NCBI GenBank assembly: GCA_024679065.1
Contig: JAGIQG010000007.1
Span: forward strand, 98,332,001-98,396,000
DNA from: Sphyrna mokarran
Taxonomy: Eukaryota
Direction of reading: 5' to 3'
DNA: 64,000 nucleotides
The number at the start of each line of letters is the position of its first letter. The first letter of the stretch is position 1. This document shows, piece by piece, positions 25,569-37,700 of the stretch. The notes under the pieces are model-generated. The model worked only from the letters and a program-made list of their open reading frames with translations. It had not been told where the DNA came from and made no database searches. A program made the position numbers and the translations under genes.

Positions 25569-25642
25569 AAATGGTTAGCTCAGATGATTAGAGACTGGTG
25601 CTAATAGTATCAAAATTGCATACTTGATCCCCATTCTGACTA
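25569..25642 (+). pseudogene. Degenerate tRNA-Ile(AAT)-like sequence (pseudogene or SINE head)
   Basis: ggttagctcagatgattagagactggtgctaatagtatcaa...ttgatcccc resembles vertebrate tRNA-Ile-AAT (GGTTAGCTCAGTTGGTTAGAGCGTGGTGCTAATAACGCCAA...TCGATCCCC); the stems are disrupted. Confidence 0.6.
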
Positions 25643-28188
25643 GATAGCTGTTCCTAAAGAGAGAGAGCTGATGTCTATCTAACCTACAACTGCTTCACAT
25701 TACATAAACTATTTAAAGTAACAAGAAGGTGGGACTGTGGGGGCCCAAATTCAATTCCCAGTCTTGACTGAGTTATTTGTTCTCAGCTGGTCAGGGTTGC
25801 CACACTGGCTTTGGTGTCTCAGGTTATGAAGAGGAAAATAAATGAGGATTCTTACGCCTGATTGCTGTCAGCATCATTATACTCCATACCTGCACCAGGA
25901 CACTGAGCAAAGATGTGAATAGATACAACTATGACCTCCTTGCAATAGAATACTGCATAGGTGCAAGGTCCACATTATTTAGTGACCCTGTGGAACTATG
26001 TCATATGATATTAATACCTTAACAGACAATAATCAGCAAGAAAAATGCAAAGAATTCACAAATTAGTTTAGTTTAGAAAGGCATCATACACCAGCACAAG
26101 CTTGGTCAAAGGGGCTGTTTCTGTACTGATCTTTAAGAATAAAGAATAATAAATAAACACAATGGTTAGAATGTGGGAGAAATGCATTAGAACAGTCACA
26201 TTTGGAGGTTGCAACAGTAGAATAAAGGTTTTATCAGATGCAGGCAACGTTATTGGTGGAATTGAATGAGGGTGAGACTACACAGCTTGAAGCTCATTTT
26301 GGAGTCAAATAATACACAAGGCTCATGTGAGAAGTGTGGGTCAGGCCCAAACAGCTGAAACACGCAGATATCAAAGCTGGGCAAAGGGTGTGGGAAGTAC
26401 ACACAATGCTGGAGTCTGAAGATTTTGAGGGAAAAGTCTGTACAAGGTGATAGAAATAAGGATGGTTGAGATCATGATAACTTAATTTTTAACTGGATGC
26501 ATTAAATTAGAAAATTCAGGGGAATAGGTAAGAGAAGATCTGGTACAAGATAGGAGTGGAGCAGCAGTTTACAGAACTGAAATTTAGAGAACGGCAAGTC
26601 AGTCAGGATGGCTATTAGAATAGTAGTTAAGTAGGTTTCTAGCAACAGATGGAGGTGAAAGTGGACAATTTTACTAGGACAGAAGTAGACAATCCTTTTG
26701 ATGTGATGGGAAGCTCAACTCGTGGTTAAATAGAATGTGGCAATGCAAAAATCTGGTTCAGTCTGAGATTATGGACTGTGAAGGTGATGGAATCCGAACA
26801 AGTAGATTGATATGGGACCAAAGACAGTGGAGGTGTTCAGATTGTTTAATTCAGATTGGTAGTGAAAAAAGCAAATAACTACTCCACCATAAAATGACCC
26901 ACCTTCAATGACAAGCTTTCCACAGTAATCCAATAGGAGGCAGTGAAAGTAGCTGAAAACGGGATAATTTATGCCATGCAGCCAGTTTAATTTGTAGCAA
27001 TGGTTAACTTTGTAGGTACATTTCAACATTTCTATGCTGTGCAGAAGTATTAATTAATTTCTTAATCATAAATTAATTTTATTATAATATTAATTATATA
27101 ATAAGTAAACTCAAGATTACAGAAGCTTTGTTACGTAACCATCTTAAGGTCTTAGGGTGAGACCCAATGTCTTATCCAGGGAGCCTTTAAATCACCGAGG
27201 TCAGACTGACCCACTTACATGGTTGACTGTTCATGTGATCATACACAATGTACACTCACCAACACAATTAAAGGTTTTCTTTCCCCTACAGGAGCTCCAG
27301 ACTACGTATGCACAAGCCTACTGACATTGATACGGCCAATTCTGAGATAGATCTGAGTTGAGCAAACACTGATTCAGCAAATGTAACTTTGAAAAAATGA
27401 TGGTAGCAAATCTGAAATCTGGTTTTTGGACTTTCACTGACAATTGTCAAACACACTGGACACGTCAAAATATCCAAACTTAGCTTTAAACCAAGTCAAA
27501 TTCTCACTCGAGCATAATAATTCTATCAACCCTGCATTCCAACTTGCTTGAATGTGGGGGTAATATCTGTAACTAAATAGAGTGTTCTTCTTAGCTATGA
27601 GAATTGATTTAGTGTACCTAGGAACAGATCCCTGGTGTGTACAACAGTGGAGCTGCAGCGCATCCAGGAAAATTCCTGACCAAAAGTCAACACACCTGTT
27701 GCACGTTTTCCTCCAACAAGGACACTAAGTTAACAACATAGGTTATTACAACATGAAAGTCAAATAAAAAAGGCAGGCAATGAATAATGAAACAGGTTTG
27801 TCTATATAAAGGCTTCAGCTTTGAAACAAACATTATAAGTTAAATATTTATCAACAGCGTGGAAATAAATGGATCAAGGACAGAATGACACCAAAAAGTA
27901 ATTACAGATCAGATTCCAACAATCTGGATTATAATTCTCAAATCAAAGTGCACACCAAAATTACAATATATAGTCATTGAGAAAGTTTAAGTGTCAGGAA
28001 CTTTACAGATGAAAACGTTCAAAAAAAAAATCAGTGTAACTGGAATGGATAAATTTGATCTTATAAAAATGAGATGATCCGTTCTGTAAGTGGCACTATA
28101 TATTAATCATTTTAGATTTAAAATTGCAGCCATTTCCCAATTCATTCTGCAGTAAGAGCAAAGAGTAAGAGTCTGAACCACAAGCTTC

Positions 28189-30045
28189 AATTCCAACGCA
28201 GGACATCAACTTTCTGGACAAACTGTAAAGTTGCAGTATCAGCATGAAAAGGAATTTTTCCTATAGGTCATGTTTCAGTTTCAGGGAAATGAATTCTTTC
28301 TTCGAACTGAAGGATCAACTGCCGTTCACCAACATACTTGCAACAATTGTATCAGGTGAATATGTAAAGAAGGATTGAATTAGTATAGAAAGACTATATG
28401 CCTGTGAAGTGTCAAGAGTTCTAGTTATAAATAAAACAATGATTAATAACAGTGCAAAATAATAAAAATTTCAAGAAAAAACACATGAAAGTGTAAACAG
28501 TTGGGAGCTGGTAGAGGTGGTGCAAAGAATATCAAGAGACAAAAATAGTAAAAGCTGCAACTAATACAAAAGAAAAATCAAGATGAATGAAGTTTTACAA
28601 TAATGGTTAAAAAAAGCAAGAAAAGGAGAACAAGGTTCCTTCAAAAACATGCAAAGAGGCAATATTCATTCTGCCTGTATCTTAACTCACACCAGGTCCT
28701 GTTTGCCCATCGCATATGCGGATTTTAAAATGCTAACCATTGTTTTCAAATCCCATGGCCTTGCCCCCTCCATATCTTTGTAATCTTGAGTTCCACAACC
28801 TTCCAAGATAATCACACTCCTCTGATTCCTGCGTTTCTTGCAAATCTAATCTTAATAACTCCACCATCGGTGATCATGATTTTGGTTACCTCGACTCAAG
28901 TTCGAAATATCCTTGCTACAGTTCTCCACTTCACTTTAAGACTCTCATTAAAACTTAACTCTTCAACCAAATTATTAACGTGTAGTCTAACATCACCCCA
29001 ACATAGTGTAATGCCTCCCTAGGTGTCATGTGCTGTTTTATGATGTTTGTGAAACACCTTGGGATGTTTTACTACATTTAAGCTATTATATAATACATGT
29101 TGCTGTACTTTTGCATTACTTCTCCTTATTCTTCAATCAAGATTGTTTCGCAAGTATTCTCGTGCTTTATATTACATCTGCCACATGCCTTCCCATTCCA
29201 TCAGACTGTCCTCTTGAAGTCTGGCACCATCCTTCTCTGTTCACAATACTTCCAAGCTGTGTGACCATCAATCCATGGGAAACAGTATTGCATACCTTCC
29301 TTCAGTCCAAAAATGACCATTCACTATTGCTCTCCTGTCACGCAAACTTTGTATCCCGTCTCCCTTTTATACCATGGGCTTTAACTTTGCTGGCAAACTG
29401 ATTTATGTGGCACTTCTTCGAAAACCTTCCATAAATCCAATGCACCAACTCTCATCCTCAAATGCTTGTTATCTAATCAAAAAGCTCAATCAAGTTCAAA
29501 ATAATTTTCATAAATAAATCTATGTTGGTTTTCCTCAATTAAACTGCACTTGTCAAGCGTGATGATATTGTCTTAATGTATTTACATCATGTTTCTTTTA
29601 AGGGATATGTTAAAAATACAGCTCTATTTTACAAAGTACCAATTTCTAGCTTTTTTTGTCTATTGTAAAACTTGGTTCATTTTTTTGTTTCTTTTCTATT
29701 AGTTGCAGCTTTTACTTTTTTTGTCTCTTGATGTTGTTTGCACCTCTACCAGCCCCTGACTGTTTACATTTGTGTTTTTTTCTTGAAATTTTTATTATCT
29801 TGCACTGTTTGTTAATCATAATTGTTTCATTTGTAACTAGAACTCTTTCTATATTAATTAATCCTTTTTTACATATTCACCTGATACAATTGTTCTAAGT
29901 ACGTTGGTGAATGGCAGTTGATCCTTCAGTTTGAAAAAAATTCATTTTCCTGAAACTCGAACAAAGCTTACAGGAAAAATTCCTTTTCATGTTGATACCA
30001 CAACTTTACAGTTTGTCCAGGAAGTTGTTGTCCTGCTTTGGAATT
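28189..30045. repeat. Long inverted repeat, arms about 28189-28623 and 29643-30045
   Basis: For example ctggacaaactgtaaagttg/caactttacagtttgtccag, actgaaggatcaactgcc/ggcagttgatccttcagt and aacaattgtatcaggtgaatatgtaaa/tttacatattcacctgatacaattgtt. Confidence 0.95.
28670..29105 (+). mobile_element. L2 LINE 3' fragment; a related split copy lies at about 11860-11950 plus 12757-12930
   Basis: gattttaaaatgct...ttttcaaatcccatggccttgccccctccatatct (FKIL..FKSLHGLAPPYL motif) and tail tgtgaaacaccttgggatgttttactacatt. Confidence 0.7.
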
Positions 30046-31249
30046 CCATGATGCGAATGCAGGTATAGGAACTCACTTTAGCTAATGGTGTGTTTGTCTA
30101 AACAGAGTTGATGCATTTGTGTTTACTTGGGTTTCCTTTGGGATCAGATTAATTTTGTCCAAGGTTAGTGGCGGAAAAGCTTTCCAAGACAGAGTAAAAT
30201 TGACCACTCTATAGTTGTTGGACACTTTTTTGAAGTTTTTTGAAATCCTCTGGCACTACTCACTATATTTGAAGGAGGACTAGAAAATTATTGCCAATGC
30301 CTCCACAATTTCTACCTAAACTTCTCAGTCTTCCCTGAAACTTCCAGGGCTAGATGGGATGTATCAACTTTTCAGTAAAGCTAACCTAATACCTCCTCTT
30401 TGACTGATTTCAGCAGCAGTTTCTACTTTACTACTTTTTAGTAAGGATATATGTAGAGTATTAATTTAGTACCTCTGTCTCCACAGATAGATCCATGTTT
30501 TGATCCAAAGTTGTCCCCTCCTCTTATGATCATTTTACTATTTTTGTCCTACACAAGACTTTTGGATTCTTTTCATGTTAACTGCCAAGATTCTTCTCAT
30601 ACTCTGTTTCTCTTATTTTCTTTTTCACTCCCCCTCTAAACTTTCTATACTTAGTCCAGTTCTCACTTCTATTACCAATCTGACATCTGTTATGTCAAGT
30701 TTTCCTGCTTACTTCTCTTGTCTCACATCTATCTTGATTCAGGTACTGCATCTTTACATTCAAAAGGTACTTTAAAAAAAAAAATCAGGAAATAAGTTAC
30801 AATAGTTTATAATTAGTTGCTTGGAAATTATCAGAATCTGTTACTAAGGATAGACCGACTGAATACTTAAGACAAATTGAGTTGATTGGAGATTGCCAAC
30901 AGAGGTATGTCACATCTAACAAATTTAATTGAATTTTTTGTCTGAGTAAAGAGACACAGCTGTCTATCGATGCAGAAAGTATTTCAGAAGGCATTCAGTA
31001 TAGTTCAATGTAAGAGGGTTACCTAAAGGTAAAGTTCATGGAATTCAAGGGAAATCTTGGTACTGCACATAAAGTACATATTAACACTAGGAAGGGCAGC
31101 AAGAGATGCTTCAGAATATTAGCTGAGCTCCAAAAATTCAATTATGAGCAGTGATTACATAAGCAAGGTTTGTATCCCTAGAGGGTTAAGACATCATTTT
31201 AGAGGCTTTTCAAACCAATTTAAAAGGGTAGAGTTAGACCACTTATAAA

Positions 31250-31770
31250 AACCATAGGAGCAGGCCGTCTAGCCCTTCGAGCCTGCCCCGCCATTCAGTA
31301 AGATCATGGCTAATCTGAAGTCGATCGGTTCCACTTTCCCGCCTTCTCCCCATAATCCTTAATTTCCTTGTCTATCACAAATCTACCCATGACTTAAATA
31401 TATTCAGCAAGGTAGCCTCCACCACTTCAACAGGCAGGGAATTCGACAGATTCACCACCTTTTGAGTGAAGAAGTTGCTCCTCACCTCTCTAAACTGCAC
31501 TCCCTTATTTTGAGGCTGAGCCCTCTAGTTCTGCAATCCTAAGCGGGAAGAATCTCTCTACCTCTACCCTATCAAGCCCCTTCATTATCTTGTAAGTCTC
31601 TATAAGATCCCCCTCAGCCATCTAAACTCTAACTAGTACAGACCCAGTCTATTCAATCTCTCTTTGTAAGCTAACTCCCTCATCTCTGATATCAGCCTAG
31701 TACTCTCTCCAAGGTCAATAGATCCTTTCACAAATACAGGGACCAAAACTGCACACAGTACTCCAGTTGT
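31250..31770 (-). mobile_element. CR1 LINE 3' end
   Basis: ccataggagcaggccgtctagcccttcgagcctgc tail; accaaaactgcacacagtactccag encodes LEYCVQFW on the minus strand. Confidence 0.88.
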
Positions 31771-32340
31771 GAAATTATTATGAATAAATTATGAAATAAG
31801 TTAGGAAACATTTCATTCAAAGAATTATAGAAGTGCGAAACGCTATCTCAAAGCAGTAGATGACAGCTCAATCAATAAAAATCTATGGGTCTCAGGTTTG
31901 AACTAATAAGGCAAGAGTATTAAGGAATATTAGGACCAAGGCAGATAGATGGAGCTAAAATTCATTCAGTTGTGATCTCAATTGTGGAGAAGAGTTGAAC
32001 AGCTACTTATGTTGCCAATTAATTGCATTACCTGATCTTGTTGATATGATCTACTCCAATCTGTTAATGACTACTTCAGGCCACATATGCAGGTTGTTGC
32101 CTGTAAACAGCTAAAACTTGTATTTTGTTCCAGGTTTTTTGAATTTTCTGAAACTTACACTGGAACATTGATCAAATAATTCCATCACATTGACAAGCCA
32201 ACTGACTCAGTCTCAGTTACAGATAGAACATTCACTCATGCATGAAGCACAGAACAGAATTCAGCTCTCATGATTGACAGAGCGCTGCAATAATTACCAA
32301 ATTCTACAACCAGATAAAATTCAGTGAGTTTCCCATTTAC

Positions 32341-32426
32341 CTCCACTGGCTAAAAGATTCTCTTGCACTTTATCCCTGCTGTCTTCCAATACATCAGCCA
32401 TGTACTGGGCCACCTTCTTCACAACA
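32341..32426 (-). CDS. ATP6V1C1: ATP6V1C1 exon 4
   Basis: 86 nt encoding [28 protein letters not shown]; tttcag acceptor and gtaaat donor. Confidence 0.97.
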
Positions 32427-32639
32427 CTGAAAAATAAAACAGTTGCATATTTAACCAACACACCTAAACAGGGCAAAATATAGCATTTTCCCAGTGCACC
32501 AAATATCATTCTATTTTAGGAACAATAATGTCAGCACACTAAACAAGCAATTGAAAAGCTGAGTACAAATGTTACCAAAATTGAATTCAATAAACCAAAT
32601 CATTTTTAAAATTTAATTTTGGTTTTCTGAAAGCTTTTA

Positions 32640-32940
32640 GGATCATGGAATCCTCTAGTGCACAAGGGGACCATTTGGCCCATCGTGTCTGCACTGACCA
32701 CAGCCCTGATTCCCATAACCCCATGCATTTACCCTAGCTAGTTCCATTGACTCTAAGAGGCAATTTAGCAGGATTAATCCATCTAAATTGCATACCTTTA
32801 AACAGAGAGGAAACCAAAGCACACAGAGCAAACCCATGGGGGGAAAGTACAAACATCCACATAGACAGCAACAAAGCCAGGAATCAAACCTGGATCCCTT
32901 GGCAGTGTGAGGCAGCAGTGCTAACCATTGTGCCACCTAT
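32640..32940 (-). mobile_element. HE1-like V-SINE
   Basis: Tail, degenerate V-domain and head gtgaggcagcagtgctaaccattgtgccacc. Confidence 0.85.
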
Positions 32941-33809
32941 TTGCAAAATAACTAGTTCATTAATGTCTTGAGACAAATGGTCTAACCCATTTGAGATTCT
33001 AGCCCACACAACGTAATTGGCTCTTAATGCCCTTTCAATTGGCTTAGAAAATCAGTTTGACAATTGGACTAATTATTCTATAGTAAGACTTGCTACCTTT
33101 CCCAATAGGCAGAAATGTGGCCTTGCCAATGTCACCCCCATACATAAAAGGAAAAAATACACGATTTGCAGATTTGCTACAGGTATTGTGAAATTAAATG
33201 CACTTTTTTGCATTGTTGACTGAAATTGTCCAGTCAATATGAGGGAATGCAATTTAATCAGCTTGAGTGGGTTTGAGTCTGAAGCTAAGATCAAAGAACA
33301 GCACACAAGCCAAATTTTCAAAATGACAAGCCAACATGTACACATCAAAAAGAATTTAAACTCAACCCAATTACACAGAACAATTCAAGAATGCTTGAAA
33401 TATATCAAATTAATTCTAATCATAGGTCAGCATAAAGCTCAAGTTAGAAACATCTTCATCTGTAAAAGCATTTTACATTGTGATTTTTCATTTATCCCAA
33501 TTTATTCAAAACACTTTAAACTTACCACACTAAGTTAAAGAAATGTCTGTTTCTCAATAGTTAAAATATACTTAATGTAAAGTTGGAATATCATGGTAAG
33601 ATGTGATTGATGTACTTGAATCACAGAATAAAAATTAAATCACCTCTCCATCAGATTCCACAGGCTTCTCTAAGAAAAAATATTTGGCTTCACACAAATC
33701 TTAATATTCAACAAACTTAGTATAGTTTTTCCTTGTGAGCAGTGAATATGAACTATTTTGATCAGCAAACATATTAAACTTTCCAAATCTACATCATTTC
33801 AGTAACAAA

Positions 33810-34190
33810 CTAACCTCCATCCGTTGACTCTGCCTACACTTCCTGCTGCCTCGACAAAGCAGCCATCATAATTAATGACCTCACTGACCCCGAACATACT
33901 CTTTTCCATATCTTCAGTCGGGAGAAAGATGCAAAAGTCAGATCACATACCAACCGACTCAACAACAGCTTCTTCCCTGCTGCCATTAGACTTTTGAAAT
34001 GAAGCCACCTTGCATTAAGTTGCTGTTTCTCTACATCCTGGCTATGACTGCACATTCTGCATTTTCTCCTTCCCTTCTCTATGAATGGTATGCTTTGTCT
34101 GTAAAGTGTGCAAGAAATAATTCTTTTCACGGTACACTATTACATGTGATAATAAATCAAATCACCAAACTAATTATAAATTAAATCAGA
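33810..34190 (+). mobile_element. Rex1/Babar-type LINE 3' tail
   Basis: Aligns by eye to 50450-50805 (aacagcttcttccctgctgccattagacttttgaa). Confidence 0.82.
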
Positions 34191-34971
34191 TACCTGGCAA
34201 AGCCATGATGCAGCAAACTATAGTTGGACACTACATAAACCACTCAAGATCACTAGTTCCAGTGGAAAATCCTAAATACAAACCATTTCAAATTTAACAA
34301 GTGACTAAAATTCCATATCTGGTCCAAATCATGTTCTTACATTTGTCTAAAATCACTTCATAGAAAGCAGCATTATCAAATAAACAGGCCTATCATTTCA
34401 CAACATTAAACATAATCAAGTCACCAAATTTCAATTGTTTCAGCAAAAGAAATGTGCAAAGCAAGCCCCCCCAAGCAGCAATGACAATGACCAGATCATC
34501 TATTTTCATCACATTGACGAACATCTCTACTTTTTTTTGATCTAGTACTATAAGATCTTTCACATCCACCCAAAGGAGCACATTGAACTTGGTTCAAAAT
34601 TTCACCCAAAAAACGGCATCTCCAACAAGGTAGAACTCCATCTGTAGTGCACTGGAGTGTCAGCCTTGACCATGATGCTCATGTCTGGAACATGACTTGA
34701 ACCCTCTGACTCAGATGAGAGTTCTACCAATTACTCAAAACCCAAAGCCTTTCAATACAGAGAACTTGTTTGCCTCATGTCTGGTCTGCAGTAGATTAAT
34801 TCAGATTGATCATAGTTAGTCAACGACTCAAATTTTGCATTATATAAGTAGCATATAGTTAATTGTAGAAATGAACTTGATGGATTAAGAACTTTTATAA
34901 TCCAGCTTTCTTCTACTTTGGAAATACTTTACTGAAATTTTCCCTTTCTGAAGTTTGACGTGGTCAGTGAA

Positions 34972-35349
34972 TTATCAAAGAACAAACAAAACAGCACGGG
35001 AAACAGGCCCTTTGGCCCAACGAGCCCATGCCGCCACCCCGATGTTCCCATCTCTACCTGCGATCCCTGTCCATGTTTATAGATGTATGGATTAAAAACC
35101 AAATTTGAGACAATTTAGGGAGAATTTGTTTTGCCAATTAGCCTAAGAGCACATCTTTGGGATGTGGGAGGAAAACGGAGCTCCTGGAGAAAACCCACGC
35201 AAGCACGGGGAGAATGCGCAAACTCCCACAGACACAGGCCCAAATCCATGTATCTGCACAGCACAGCGATAGTCACTGAGCTGTCGTGTTGCCCATCAGA
35301 AGGTCCAGGTCAAGCATACACTAACAACGTGAAGCACTAGAATACTCTC
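34972..35349 (-). mobile_element. V-SINE variant with extended atypical head
   Basis: Shares both termini (gagagtat... and ...tctttgataa) with 11960-12309. Confidence 0.85.
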
Positions 35350-35499
35350 GAAAAAAAATCCAAGAGCAGCCCTATCACAACCCATCGCGTGTATGCCTCT
35401 TGTTAGACAACAAGGTGGACCAAAGCACCTGTAGGATAAAAACAAGTACATCAATAGCATCATCTATTTACACACTTGCCAGGGACTCCCAAGGTTCAT

Positions 35500-36605
35500 G
35501 ATCCCTATTTTAAATCAGTTTTCTATACCCCTCCATTCCCATTCTGTTCATGTGCCCATCTAACTATTTCTTAAATAACTCCAGAGTGCCTGCCTCTGCC
35601 ACTTTACTTGGCAGCGCACTCTATACCCCCACCACCCTCTGTGTGAAAAAACTCCCTCGAACATCCAACTTATACCTTACTCCCCTCACCCTAAGCACGT
35701 GACCCCTCGTGCTCTGAGTCCATCCTAGAAAAAAGCTTAACCCTGTTTACTCTATCTATACCCCTCATAATCTTGTACACCTCTATTAGATCTCCTCTAA
35801 GTCTACGTCTTTCTAAGGAAAACAGTCCAATTTGCCTAATCTCTCATCGTAACTCAGACCTTCCATACCAGGCAGCATCCTGGTAAATCTCCTCTGCACT
35901 CTCTCCAGAGTCTCCACGTCCTTCCGGTAGTAAGGCGACTAGAACTGGATGCAGTATTCCAAATGAGTTCTAACCAGCGTTTTATACAACTGCAACATTA
36001 AAGGCCAGCTCTTGTACTCTATATCCCTTCCTATAAAGGCTAACATACTATATGCTTTCTTCACAACCTTCTCCACTTGCTCTGCCACCTTCAGAGACTT
36101 GTTCACCTGCACCCCCAGGTCCCTCTGCGTTTCTATACTCTTAATACGTCTACCCTTTATCATATACCTCCTCCCTACATTCTTTCTCCCAAAATGCATC
36201 ACCTCACATTTATCAGGATTGAATTCCGTCTGCCCAAGCCTATGTCCCGCTGTATCACCTGACAATGCTCCTCACCATCCGCAAGTCCAGCCATCTTTGT
36301 ATCATCTGCAAACTTGCTGATCACTCCACTTACTCCCTCTTCCAAATCATTTATATATATTACAAATAGAAGAGGTCCCAGTACCAAGCCCTGCGGCACA
36401 CCACTAGCGACCGACCTCCAGCTAGAAAAACACCCTTCCACTATTACTCTCTGTCTCCTATTACCAAGCCAGTTACTTATCCATCTAGCTACCTGTCCTT
36501 GTATCCCATTTGCCTTGACCTTTTCGACTAACCTCCCAAGAGGGACTTTGTCAAACGCCTTACTAAAATCCAAATAGACAACATCAACGGCTCACCCTTC
36601 GTCCA
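35500..36605 (-). mobile_element. CR1 LINE reverse transcriptase fragment (frameshifted)
   Basis: DFSKAFDKVP...SGVPQGLVLGPLLFVIYINDL...ISKFADDTK (ORF 36199-36573) and EFNPDKCEVMHFG...LEYCIQF (ORF 35939-36265). Confidence 0.95.
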
Positions 36606-37632
36606 TTTTTCATTTTTTTCTAGCTGGTTTTAATTCATTCACATACTATTATTTCATGCTATTACGTCTTTGTCTTCATATTTAGCACTTTTGAAACAAC
36701 CTCAGTCAATCCTAATATCAGGATTTTCGAATTTTTCCTACTTTTGTTTCTAAATAGTCTATGCTCTTCATTTGCAGATCAGTATCTCTGCATTTTCAGC
36801 ATTAGCCATACTGATCTTGTTACAGTGACAGCTTTTTTATTTCACTATGAGGCAAAAATCATTTCCCAAATGTAAAACGTTTATGGTGTTAATTGAATAG
36901 AAAAGTTACAGAATTAATTCAACAAGTTTAACCATAAAATGAGGTCAATAAATTTCAAATTTGGAAATTCCTTGGGTTGATCTGGAATTGTTTTGGATAA
37001 GAATCTCAATGCAGTTATCATAGGAAAGTAGCCAGAAATATATTAGGTGTTTATATGCTCATTTTGGCTCTTGTTGGCCATGCCAAATGAGTATTGAAAA
37101 GTTCCCTCATGGGGTGTCACAGTTCTATGCTGTATTATGACAAACTCGATGCTTGGTTCTTTGGCCTCCAACCCAAACTGCCATTTGAAGATAATCCTTC
37201 TAAGGTAGTTTATTTACAGAAACCATATGAAAACTAAATGCTTCTAAAGATTAACTAACCAGATTAACCCATACAACCAATAGAATGGCATTAATTCTTA
37301 AAAGGGAGAGCACTAATTTTTACAAATACTGTGAAAGTTATATAACTCTGCAATGTAGCCTTCGAGCACCCTTTTAAAGTTCATTTATTAGTCACAAGTA
37401 GGCTTACATTAACACTGCAATACAGTTACTGTGAAAATCCCTTAGTTGCCTGTTTGGGTACACTGAGGGAGAATTTAGCATGGCCAATTCATCTAACCTG
37501 CACACATTGGACCATGGAAGAAAACAAAAGCAAATAGCATACAATACTTAATTGTTGTGTTCACTTTTTACAGAATGATTCAGAAATAGAAATCTGACTT
37601 CAGAAACTGTTGAAGGTATTCAACAAACTTAC

Positions 37633-37700
37633 CCCTCCACAAACGAATCCAACTTGGCCAGCTCATCAGATAACCCCACCAAGACATCTAAAGTCCCAAC
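37633..37700 (-). CDS. ATP6V1C1: ATP6V1C1 exon 3
   Basis: 68 nt encoding VGTLDVLVGLSDELAKLDSFVE(G); ttag acceptor and gtaagt donor; in frame with exon 2. Confidence 0.97.

Noticed and set aside
25569-25642. Functional tRNA-Ile gene
   Set aside because: The acceptor, anticodon and T stems are disrupted and the B-box is degenerate.
27045-27105. AT-only quasi-palindromic stretch
   Set aside because: Expected by chance in AT-rich low-complexity DNA.
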